DNA from: Marsupella aquatica
Lineage: Eukaryota > Plantae > Marchantiophyta
DNA length: 64,000 bases
Reading direction: 5' to 3'
Assembly: GCA_973895155.1 (NCBI GenBank)
Contig: OZ316899.1
Location: 12,775,934-12,839,933 of the forward strand
Shown here: piece by piece, positions 45,222 through 56,449 of the stretch
Layout of the letters: each line of letters opens with the position of its first letter
Numbering within the stretch: the first letter of the stretch is position 1
The notes under the pieces: generated by a model
Told to the model about the DNA's origin: nothing
Seen by the model: only the letters and a program-made list of their open reading frames with translations
The model's database searches: none
Position numbers and translations under genes: made by a program

Positions 45222-48200
45222 GAGTTCAATCAATTGCTGCTCAAACTACTATTGCTGCAATCGCAAGCTGCTCAATCTGTTGTTCGTCGCAAGTGTGCCG
45301 AAGGATTGAGACGGGGAGCTAGAGAGTTGCAGAGAAACCAAGTGCCAAACACTCCGCTTGCGAGAATACTCTTTTCTGGTCTTGTTGTTTAGGGTTGTCG
45401 GGTTGGGTCAGAGATGTGGAGGATTGAGGCTGCTGCGCGCAAACATGTTTTTCTTTCAAGTGGTGCTACGATTGCTTGGTGACGGAAGGCTGTTGGATGT
45501 GTGTTGTAGCTGTTGTGATCAGTGACCTCTAGTTGGGAAGGACTTGCCAGAGCTGCGGCTGGGGAGGACCTGCGGTCGGAGCTACAGTCGATTGGAGGTG
45601 GTCGCAAGCTGGAAACATTTGGAGGGGTTAGTTTTTTGCAGCTTAAACCTGTCGGGAGTTTGCGCTTGTGGCGACACTATCCTTTCTACCACTTCATGAG
45701 TTTGATATGGACACTGTGTATGAATGTTCTTCTCAGGAGGCGCTACGATGACCACTACATTGCCTTACTCTGTTCATTGCAGTAGCACAAATACTGGATT
45801 TCATACTGAAATTGCCACCCACTTTGTTTTAGTGTGTTTGACTGCTCGCTCTTGCAACTTTGGAGGAGGGAGTCTACAGGCGGGAATTGACACCACGCAT
45901 TGAAGGTAGTTGAAGTCACTTGGAGAAATCATTCTTTCCTGCAATTTTCTCTACCTAGATAGCTCTAGCATCCACTATTGTATTGCCCTACGGAGTTTTG
46001 ATGTTGTTGTCCACTCTCTTTGCAAAATGTTATATTCCCATCCAAACTATACATTGTCCTGAGCACTAGAGTCTCAGCTAGGTTGGAATTGCAATCTGGT
46101 GGGTTTTGTCTAACAGGTCGATCATCCTTCTAAACTTGATTGTCGTCTGAGTCTACCCGCTAGGGGGTAAAGAGGCGTTGACCCTGATCTCGTGGACCCT
46201 AATCTGATGTCCACCTCTGTCAGCTGAATCCAAATGATCAAGTCCAAATGCTGATCAGTCTCACTGGGGTTGTCGGTGCAGACATGACTCGCACTATGTG
46301 ATTGTAGTTTTGCTTTGTCAAGACGAATGTGTTTGGCTAAGATGCTAGATTGTGGCTTGTCTTCTTGCTTCCAGCTCGTGTATATTCAATTAATAGAAGT
46401 TGGGAAAGAAGTGAAAATTGAATTTCCTTATATTAAGCATCTTGACCTAGAAACTCAATACATAAACTCCAGGAGTCCCTCGGGACATAAAATGAGCCAA
46501 ATTGTTTCAAAATTGGGAACGTTTTGGACAGAGACGGTGAGTGGAGTGATTGGAAGGTGTTGGAAGGTAAAGAAGTCAAACCTCATTGATGGCGAGGATC
46601 TGTCCATGAGACTTCTTCACCTTCTTCAACTTTCTCAGAAAGTACCTGGACAGCAAAGGAGAAGTACTCAATACGGGGGACATGAAGGACTCTTTGGGAG
46701 AACACCTGTCGTGACCTAACGAAAGTGTAGAGAGGCAGAGACTAAAGAACACATAATTGGGGATAATGCTTGCCTTCTTAGTTTTGTGACTATTTTCTCT
46801 TGTTAGGTTTTCATTCACCTGATTCAAACTTTTTGCTCCGGTGGAATCTGTCTTGTGTTTGTTCTAATTGTTTATATCTCAAGAGGGTCGTCAACAAAGC
46901 TGACAGGAGTCAAAGGTAACTACAAGCTAGCAGATTGGTCAAATGCTCCCAAGTCGAGTTAGAGGAAGGTTACTAAAACTACACCTTCACAACTCTCAAG
47001 TCTGGAAAGTAAAATTCAGCCAGAGACACGCAGCAAGAACTGTTGTCTGCTAGGAATTGTTATCTGCTTTGTTGGGGATTGTCATGTGTATGTAACTGCA
47101 TACACATTCTATCTGAGGGGAGTATGACTGTACACCTCAGGTATAACCGAGTAGTATCTGTCGCATGACATAATTCCTCTATAATTCTGTATTACTGTTG
47201 CCTAAGTGCTTTGTTGTATTGTTTTTGTTGTAATGACATCACTTGCATTTCATAGTCAGTCTTACTTGGTTGGCTTGGTACTCATTTGCTTTTTGCTCCT
47301 TCTGGTTACTGAATTTGTCTGTTGTCATTGAGTTTTTTGCGTAAGAACTACATGTTCTTCATTTTCTCAATCGTACTCTCTCCCCTATGGAAGACTATCG
47401 GCTTGGGCTGCCAGCCTTCTCTCTTTTTCAATTTGTTATCCCTATGGTCAAACACTACTTGGTTAGTGGTTTTGCTCTATTTTTGTTTGTTTTGCCTTCA
47501 AGTAGGGCATGGATGAATTGAGCTTGGAGGCAACAAAATGGCAAGGCTGAATCTGAATGGTTCCAGAAGTATGTGTGCTCTTTCTGAATGTTATAGTCTA
47601 TTTTGCCTTCAACTGGGCCATCGAGTACTGCCATGTGATCATGTACTTGCTCTATGAAGTTCTGAATATATAACCATTTTCTTTTAGACCAGGCAACTTG
47701 GGAGTTGCTAAGTGTCACTTGCATCTGAGGGGCTACACCGGGGGCATCAGTGGAGGTTCACTTGCACATCATCATTGGAGGTTCACATCAGTGGAGGTTC
47801 ACAACCAGTCAATTTTGTCTCTGCTGCAACCTGCAAGGTGAGACTTTCGATCTTTCTGGATGACAAAACAGGATTTAAAAGTGATTGATATACATTTCCG
47901 TCGAGAACATGGGTTTATCACCAAGCTCTTTGTCTTAGGAAACTCATAAACGCAGAATCAAATATGTACTATGCACATTTCATGCTATGTGTATACTATG
48001 ACTATGTGTAGTTGGGACCAAGACAGTGAGTGGGAACTGATTAGTTTAGGTTGGTTGTTGTTGGCGAGGCAAGTCGACCTCCTGCTCGCCTTGTCATCAA
48101 AGGACGTGAACAAAGGACATCACAACAAAAGCAACACTTATGGTGAGGACCCGCAACGCTGAACATGTGCGGCTTGCACGCAAGGTAGAGATGTTGCACC

Positions 48201-49204
48201 TTGAGTATGTCAGTCTTGGGATCCTTCCAGCCCAGTCTGCATGGTACTTTGAGTACCCTATTGTTTCCAGGAACAACTACAGCCGGCCTCTACCTGCTTC
48301 AGTACCCTTCCCGACATCCTTGGTATTTGTGTCTCTTGTACATGACCCGCCACAAATTAGGTGCCAAGGGTGTGTGCACAGTTGCCAATATGACTATTCT
48401 GCTTGTAGGGCTTCTGGCCCAGAATTGGATGACCGTTCTCTTGGATGCCAATTTTTGCACAGAGCACAATGTATGATCTGGAACCACTCGCCATCCTGCA
48501 ATGTGCCTGGTGATGTCACTTGTCCTGCCCTCCCAGACCCCACCACCGGTGACTTTGGTGTCTACACATGTTTGGATCACATGCTCTAGAGGACCACTTG
48601 TCACACCGCATGCACAGACCAGATACCATTGACCTATAGCTTAACACTCTGACTTCAACACAGAGGATATTTACTTAAAATTTTGATGTATGAGCAATTT
48701 TGGGTCCAGGGTTTAGGGTCAACAGTACATAACTTATCCTATTATGCCTGCACTAAGCAAAATATCCTAATTTAAGAGGCTAGCAAACTTGCTTAAAAGT
48801 CTCTATTGAAAGACTGCTTTCATGACTGCTTTAACCTGGTGAACATTGCAACGTTCAATGAATTAATGGGCCATGTGATAACCTATAAAATGTGATTTAT
48901 GCCTCACTTATTTGTCTCAGCCACTATCATAGCCTATTTAGGATGTATACATTTCAACTCTTATGACACTGCTTCATACCAATCCTCTTTGAAGAATGCT
49001 TGTTTTACATGTCATGACTATTGTATGTGATTCAAATGCATGAAATGTTGTTGCAGATCTCATTTGGTGAATCATAGCCACAATTAAAATTGAGGTGTTG
49101 GTGGAGCAATTGTATTAGGGGATCAGTTTTGTGTGTTGGCTCAACATACCAAAAGTATGTCTGCTCTGCATCCTTGTGTGGCCATTCCAATTCATTGCAG
49201 TAGC

Positions 49205-49348
49205 AAATGCCTTTGTACCTTAAATGCTAAATATATTTTACTTTCTGTGCAGTCTGCTAAATTGTAGAGTCTATCTAAATGCCTTTGTACCTTAAATGCT
49301 AAATATATATTACTTTCTATGCAGTCTGCTAAATTGTAGAGTCTATCT
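49205..49348. repeat. 72-bp tandem duplication
   Basis: 49205-49276 repeated at 49277-49348 with 2 differences. Confidence 0.9.
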
Positions 49349-49359
49349 CATGCGCAGGC

Positions 49360-50037
49360 ATGGCACGACCTAAAATTCAAGCCAAAAAGCGTGTGACAGA
49401 GGTGAGAAACACAGGTGTACTTGGGGCAGATGCTAACTTCTCTGCAAGTCAGATTTTCCAGAAGGCAGCTCATTGTTGTGCCATTTGTGACGATGGTGGG
49501 GGCCTGGTCATTTGTGAGGGCCCTTGCATGAGGCATTTCCACCTCAACTCGGAGTCTGACCTTGCTGCAGAAAACAACTGTCCAGGGGTGGGCCTCCCGT
49601 CAACACACTAGGGAGACTGGATGTGCACTGATTGTTTGGAGAAGTAGGCTAAGTGTGCACAGTGTGGAAAGTTAAGGTCCTATGAGGGCTCTGTTGATGC
49701 CCCAACAATTGTTAGGAAATGTCCAGACTGTTTTTGTGTGAGATTTTTCTGTTTTGAGTGTTTGCCTACTCATGCCACAGCTTGCCCACTTCATAGGTGC
49801 AAGGCATGTGGTGAGCATGATCATGAGTACTGGACTGACATAGTCCACTATGCTAGGTGTCCCACCATGTGGCACTATCATTGCCTAAAAGATTGTCAAG
49901 CAGAGGGTTATGCTTGTGACAGAGAAATTTATGATCACTCTGCACATGGTGTTGATCGATGGATATTTTATTGTCATCGCCATGCCATTGATCCTACCTT
50001 GCGCACTCCTGTGAGAGATCACATATCTTGGCTGTGA
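49360..50037 (+). pseudogene. EDM2-like composite PHD-finger gene fragment (two in-frame TAG)
   Basis: CAICDDGGGLVICEGPCMRHFH..WMCTDC..CAQCGKL..CPLHRCKAC..RCPTMWHYHCL..IFYCHRHAIDPTLRTPVRDH, all in one frame. Confidence 0.8.
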
Positions 50038-50662
50038 AGCTGAACATTGTACATGCATAGTGCACCTGATGTGGATGTACTATTTTTTGAGATTGCAGAG
50101 ATTCCAATTTTGAAAAGGAGTTGGGTAGGCGAGTTTATATAGGCAGCACTTATCTTGTGCTCTGGCGTCAGTGGCTGGGTACATGCCTATAAAAACTTAT
50201 CCTTACAAGCCTTCTTGAAAGTATTTAGGCTGAGTGGTCATTTTCATAAACAAAATCATCAGACTGCTAAATTAAAATAGGACTTCTAAGTTGTAAGCGT
50301 ATAAATCAGGCATGCAATTAATCAAATTGCCCTATAAGTTTGTCATTGAACGTATCCTACTTTACAACAAAATATGTATGTGCCATGACAAGTTGGTTGC
50401 ACTTCATTTCACCTTTGATATGGATTTTGTAGTATATATTCAAACAATGTCCTGCATTTGTGCAGGTGCCTAGTACGTATTGTTCACATATCCCTTGTAC
50501 CTATCAAAATTGGACTTGAGCACCAGTGGGCCAGATCAACTCAAAAAGCAGGAATTTTGTTGTCCTTGTATTGTCAGGTGAACCCATTCCTCCAAAATTC
50601 TCTGTCATCACGTAGGGTGTGTGTACATGGAGCCTGGGAAACGTAGAAAGTGTGAGCACCCA

Positions 50663-51499
50663 ACAGTGTTTATAGGGGTCAGAGGCATTTTGGTCCATGG
50701 CCAGCATGGGTTGACCAAAGTGCATTGGCCAACTGTACAGAAATGATTCTCTGAGCTCCATGGCACTGTAGTTCAGGACATCACTCCAGAGACTACACAT
50801 GTTGTTGCAGGGACATGGCTATCAGTGATAAAGAAGTGGTCATGGTCCTACATGAATTCTGCAATTACTAAGCAAGGCCTAAAAGTAGTTGAGGCCTCTT
50901 GGATCACAGATTCCATAGCACATAAGATTGTACAGGATACTGAGCAATATGAGTTGTGGGAGGATGAAGAAGCTACTGCATCAGCTTGGGCTGAACAAGA
51001 AGTCTGGGAAGCAAAGGCACAGCTTGCTGATCTCTAATATGGACCTGTACTCAACAAAGGACAGAGCTCTACAAGGCTGAAGAGTATGTTGGCTGAGGAG
51101 ACGAAGCAACCAACCCCCATTCTGACAGGGCTGAGCATGGTATTTGTGGAGGCGGGAATTGGAGAGGTTAAGTGCAAAGTGTACAAGTCCATAGTGCTTG
51201 ACCTAGGTGGGACAGTGGAGGAGAATATAACAGAGGACACCACTCATGTCATTACTATGTCATATCCCAAAGCCTGCCGCAAGTTTGGGAAGGGAGACAT
51301 TCGCTTTTATGTCATGTCCCATAATGTGTTTGTGGTTTCATATGCTTGGCTTGTGGAATCAGTAGCAACTGGGAAGCGTCAAAACCCAATGGACTATGAT
51401 CTTTTTGAGACCTGGCCACGGAAGGGTCAGGATCCTCACAGAGAGGACTATGAGACAACAAGTGAGGAATGGGTCATTAGCGATTCTGAATTAGAGTGA
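50663..51499 (+). pseudogene. Tandem BRCT-domain gene fragment
   Basis: HGTVVQDITPETTHVV..VVEASWITDS and GGTVEENITEDTTHVI..VVSYAWLVES in the same frame; stops at 50744 and 51035. Confidence 0.8.
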
Positions 51500-51582
51500 G
51501 GAGTAGTAGCATCAGTTTGGACACAAGTTTTTTTGTATAAATCAGATCATTGAAATAAATGTGATCTTTGAACTAATGTACC

Positions 51583-52197
51583 TTGTTATGGTTGGTGGCA
51601 GTTGGGCTTATTTTACTGTTGGCGGATTGTTGTTTCCTGCTGCCTGGGGGTGTCACTGTAAACGTACTGGGTGGGCTCAAATCTCGGCGGCAGAATTTGG
51701 TGGGTATGTTGCCTTTCCTAGATCAACAGGCGCTATTATGGCTCCTCCTCCGGGTTGCCATATGGCTGGCCACAGTTAGGACTCTCCTGCATGGGTTGGT
51801 GCTAAAACATTTCTTGGCACCGCCCGAGGATGCAAGAGATGCTGAATCTATTGTGAATGAGGATGCACAGTCCAAAGTGGACATCTACTTTTCAGCAGAT
51901 GAGTTAGACAAGCCCAATGTTGTAGGTAGTTCCTTGTTGCCTGATTTGGCAGATGATATAGTTCTTGCACATGTCTGGCCGAGGGTTCTTGTGGTGTCCT
52001 GTGCACAAGATATCTGCAAATATAGACAAATTAATACACGGTGGAGGGACTTGGTAGCAACTTGCCCCCAGTGGAGGGCATTGCATCCACTGCTTGTAGG
52101 CACGGATGCAAGACCCCCATGGCATGAGCAGGGTTTAGACCTTGATGATTTAATGTACATGCCTGAGTACCTGAGGTCTGAGTGGCATCGAGAATAG
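51583..52197 (+). CDS. F-box-like protein with hydrophobic N-terminus (start uncertain)
   Basis: SLLPDLADDIVLAHVWPRV..YRQINTRWRDLV F-box pattern. Confidence 0.6.
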   Translation: MLWLVAVGLILLLADCCFLLPGGVTVNVLGGLKSRRQNLVGMLPFLDQQALLWLLLRVAIWLATVRTLLHGLVLKHFLAPPEDARDAESIVNEDAQSKVDIYFSADELDKPNVVGSSLLPDLADDIVLAHVWPRVLVVSCAQDICKYRQINTRWRDLVATCPQWRALHPLLVGTDARPPWHEQGLDLDDLMYMPEYLRSEWHRE

Positions 52198-52602
52198 GGT
52201 TGGTACCCATATCTCACCTGGTAATAAGGTGAGATATCTGATACCGCTCTCACACCTGTGCCTGTGACTATACATGATTGGACTCTGATATGGTCATGGG
52301 TGTACATGCAGAGGCGGTACATTTGAGGACAGCGGAGGAGGTGGTGACACCCTCCAACATTTAGGAATTTTGTGTCATTCGCTTGACAATAGGTACACTA
52401 CTCGCGAACCTGTTTTTTCTTTTGGGGTGGTTTAGGGTTTGTGAGAATTTAGTACACGTTATGTTAACTCTTTTGGCAGATACAATCAGGGATATATGGA
52501 ACACAAATACCACCATTAGGCATCCTTGTTCACTACTGTCCATGATTGCAGAGCTCCCAACCTGTTACAATGCACCCTGGTCACCACCCTCCCCAGACCC
52601 AG

Positions 52603-55600
52603 CCTAGGGCACAGGCACTGCCTTTGCATCATCCCACAAGGATATCACGCCATGATAATAAGCTTTGGCAGCGTGAAAGGTTACGAACCAGACTTTCAGG
52701 AGCCAGTAGGATGAGATGTCCTTGTGCAATCTGCCAAGGATCCCGTACCAGGGGTCTGAATGAGGTTTGGCGGCATATCGCGGTTCATGGAAGAGATCCA
52801 CAACATCGAGTTTGGAATGATCCTGCAGAGGAAGATTCTTCTGACGAGGAGTGGAGGTTAGAATTTGATGCTGCCAATGCTACAAGACGGGCAAGTGAGG
52901 TTCTACCTGGTGCATTTGAAAATGTTGTAGCTGGTCTCTGTGGATTGTCAGCTCTCCAATGGATGGTGCTCAGGCAGCACCACGTGACGAAGGAATTCAT
53001 GTGGAAGAGATGGTGAGAGACATCTTCCAAGACTTGGATGCATTTCACGATGGGCTGGACAACGAAGAGGATACGGCTGCAGATGCAAGTGTGCCCCCTG
53101 TCGAAGAGCCTGTTGATGAGTTTGAGATAGGGCAGGAAACCCCTGGGCATGATGGGATGTTTGGCTCTCCCCTGCAATTACAGGAAGGCAGGAAGTCTTT
53201 GTACCCCGGTAGCAAATGTTTTAAACTGGGATTTGTCATCATGTTCCTGAACATTTGCGGCAACCACAATGTCCCCAACGTTTTGGTTTCTGAGTTGTTG
53301 GCATTCTTGCGAACAACTGTGCTACCAGATGGTAATATTTTTCCCAAGAACATGTACGAGGCAAAAAGATGCATATCTAATCTTGGATTGAACTATGATT
53401 CCATCCATGCCTGTCCTGATGGGCATGTTCTTTTCAGAAAGGAGTATGCAGAATTGTTGACATGCCCTAAGTGTGGGAAGCACAGGCATCGGAACTCAGG
53501 AAAGTCTATGGTTCCCGCCAAGGTACTTCGTCATTTTCCACTCATTCCCAGACTTCAACGGATGTTCAAAAGCCATGCCATCTCAGAGATGATGACTTGG
53601 GCAACTGACAAGAAAAGTGATGATGGGCTACAACGACATGCTGTAGATTCAAGGCAGTGGAAACTCATAGATGAGATGTATCCCGAATTTGCTGTTGAGC
53701 CGAGGAATGTCAGACTTGGGCTGTCATTGGATGGGGTCAACCCATTTGGAGACAAGAACAACAAATTTTTGTGTTGGCCTGTAACTATTTTGAATTATAA
53801 CGTTCCTCTTTGAATGACTACAAAGCGATTTTTTGTTCTGATGGTCCTACTGATACCAGGGCCAGACAGTGCTGTATCTGCCAGCATAGATGTGTTTTTG
53901 GCTCCCCTAGTGGAGGAATTGAGAAAGCTTTGGGAGGCAGGAGTCCTCACATATGATGTCCTACAGAGGCTTGGGAGGTTAAACCCATTCATCCTTAGAG
54001 CCATCGTCATTCTGACTATAGCTGACTACCCAGCCCATGGGATGATATCAGGCCAAACAACAAAAGGATATTGTGCTTGTACTATCTGTGGGCGCAATGT
54101 CACCAGTGAGTACTCCAGAGCCCTGCAGAAAGTGATATACATGGGCCATCGTTGTTTTTTGAAGGCAGATCACCCTTATAGAGAAAGACAGGCACTGATT
54201 GCACACTTTGGCAATGAGATTGAGCAACATGGACCCCCAGCACGAGTGACCAAAGAGGAGATCAGGCAGTGGGGAGCACTGAGGGATGACTATATCAAAC
54301 GAGAGGGCAGGGAAGATGGAGTGAGTGATCCAATAAAGCGATATGGTGTAAAAAGACTGAGCATATTGGACTTGGAGCTCAAGTATTGGAGGGTAAGCCT
54401 CTTGGAGTTGATGCTAATTGGGATACATGTTTTGGTTCAGAGCATGTGCATTCATTTTGAAGAGAGAGACTAAACTTGAGGCATTTGCTGATGCTTTTGC
54501 ATTGCAACGGTGCAGGAGTTTGAGCCAAGCAAACATAACATTGATGTTATGCACATTGAGAAGAATATTTGTGAGAGTCTACTCAGATTCTTGTGTGGAG
54601 AGAAAGACACTTGTTCAGTGAGATTGGATCTTGAACAGAGGGGAATGAAACCCCATCTTTGGTTGAGGCCACATGCCCACAGAGCTGATGTGCTCTTGAA
54701 GTACCAAGCGCCCTATGTTCTGACAAACACAGAGTGGGAACTATTTGTGCAGAGGTTGAGTTCTTTGAAGGTTCCTTCAAACTATGGCAGTGCTTTCAAG
54801 AAGCATATCATGACTAGAAAGCTTGGTAGTATGAAAAGCCATGACTACTATATGTTGATGCAACAGGTGTTGCCTTTATGTCTGAGGGGCCTATTGCAGA
54901 AGCCTGTTCGTAATGTGATCATGCGACTCAATGTTGTGTTTCGTCGTATTTGTGTGAAGGTTTGGGATGAAACACACTTCCCACAACTGACAGAAGATGT
55001 TGCTCAGGTGCTGTGTGACCTGGAGATTTATTTTCCTCCTGCATTTTTTGATGTCATGACCCACCTACTTGTCCATGTTGTGGAAGAGCTACACCAATTT
55101 GGGCCTGTGAGTGCTCGTTGGTTGTATCCTTTGGAACGGTACATGAAACTGCTCAAAGGTCACGTGAGAACATATTACAAACCTGAAGCAAGCATGGCTA
55201 AAGGTTACATCAAGGATGAGACTCTGGGATTTCTGACCGAATACATAGCACAATATGAGCATGTGAAGACCAGGGTGTGGAATTCTGATGAGGAGGAAGG
55301 GGTCATAGGTGAAGTATTGGAAGGGGCTGCAACCACAAAGAACCTGACCACATCTATGAGGGACTTGGCACATGACTTTGTATTGCACAACACTGTGGTG
55401 ATGGAACCCTGGATACAGTGAGTGCATACATGTGCTATAATCCAGTTCATGAGCTTAAATGTTGTGTGCGTGTGATTTTCTCCTTCAGCTTGTTCATATT
55501 TACCCAAGCTAATGTTGTGTGGTTGTTTGTTCAGGGAGTATGAGTCATTGAAGGCGGCCCATCCCACTGCAGGAACAACTTTTCCAGGTTTCATGGAGTG

Positions 55601-56301
55601 GATTAGAGTGGCAATTAGAGAGCATCACGAGACCCACCCAGACATGGATGCAGACATTTACCTACTGTCTAATGCCCCTAGCCTGAAAGTGAAGACTTAC
55701 AAACAGATGAGAGCATATGGGAATCACTTTCGAGTGAAGGATGGTGATAGTGCCTATAGGGTGACAAATGACTGTGGGCTCATCACTGTATTTGAGCAAC
55801 AGAGCCACAATCACGACAGGGCCTGGATGGAGATGGGATATGTGGGAGAATTAGTTGACATATGGGCTCTGGACTATGGGGCGGTGTCCAGTCTTGTGAT
55901 TCTTATGAAAGGTTCATGGGTGCGGCAGGATTGGCTTGGTAATAGGGCTACCATGAAGAGAGACAACGACGGTTTTCTTGCTGGCCAATTTTAGATTGAA
56001 ATTGCCCGAATGGTCTGAGCCATTTGTGTTTCCCAGTCAGGTGGAGCAAGCTTTCTTCCTGGATGTGGAAGACTCCCCAGGTTGGCGTGTAGTGTGTCAT
56101 AAACAGGCCAGGCAACGTCGGATGGAAGGATCAAACCTTGAGTTTCATTTACACTCTCATAGTGCCTTTGATTGTCGGCGTTCAGACCAAGTGCCTGTTG
56201 TTCATGATAGCGGGGACTTCATTCCTGTGACAAGGGTAGATGCATTTGCTGAAGGAGGCAAATTTAGAGATGCAGATACCAACAGTGTGCCTGTGCCATG
56301 A
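52603..56301 (+). pseudogene. CACTA TnpD (Tnp2/Transposase_21) transposase, spliced, with nonsense and frameshift
   Basis: CPCAIC N-terminal domain, ACPDGH..CPKCG, LRHFPLIPRLQRMF, LDGVNPFG, ADYPA, KSHD, FFDVMTHLLVH, YPLERYM, EPFVFPSQV. GT-AG introns near 54392-54515 and 55418-55534; TGA at 53811; frameshift near 55978. Confidence 0.92.
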
Positions 56302-56449
56302 GTAATGTGAATTGTTTGCATGGACAATAGTGGGGGGATGTGTAATAAAGTAATTCTGAAGCAACACAGATGTATGGATGGATGCCTGGTGATTGTGGTT
56401 GCATTGTATTATACGGGGTGACCATAGATGACATGTTTTTGTGGTCCAG

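Noticed and set aside
49360-52197. Functional host genes (EDM2, POLL)
   Set aside because: Only isolated domains with stops, embedded between a CACTA terminus and its transposase; gene symbols therefore withheld.
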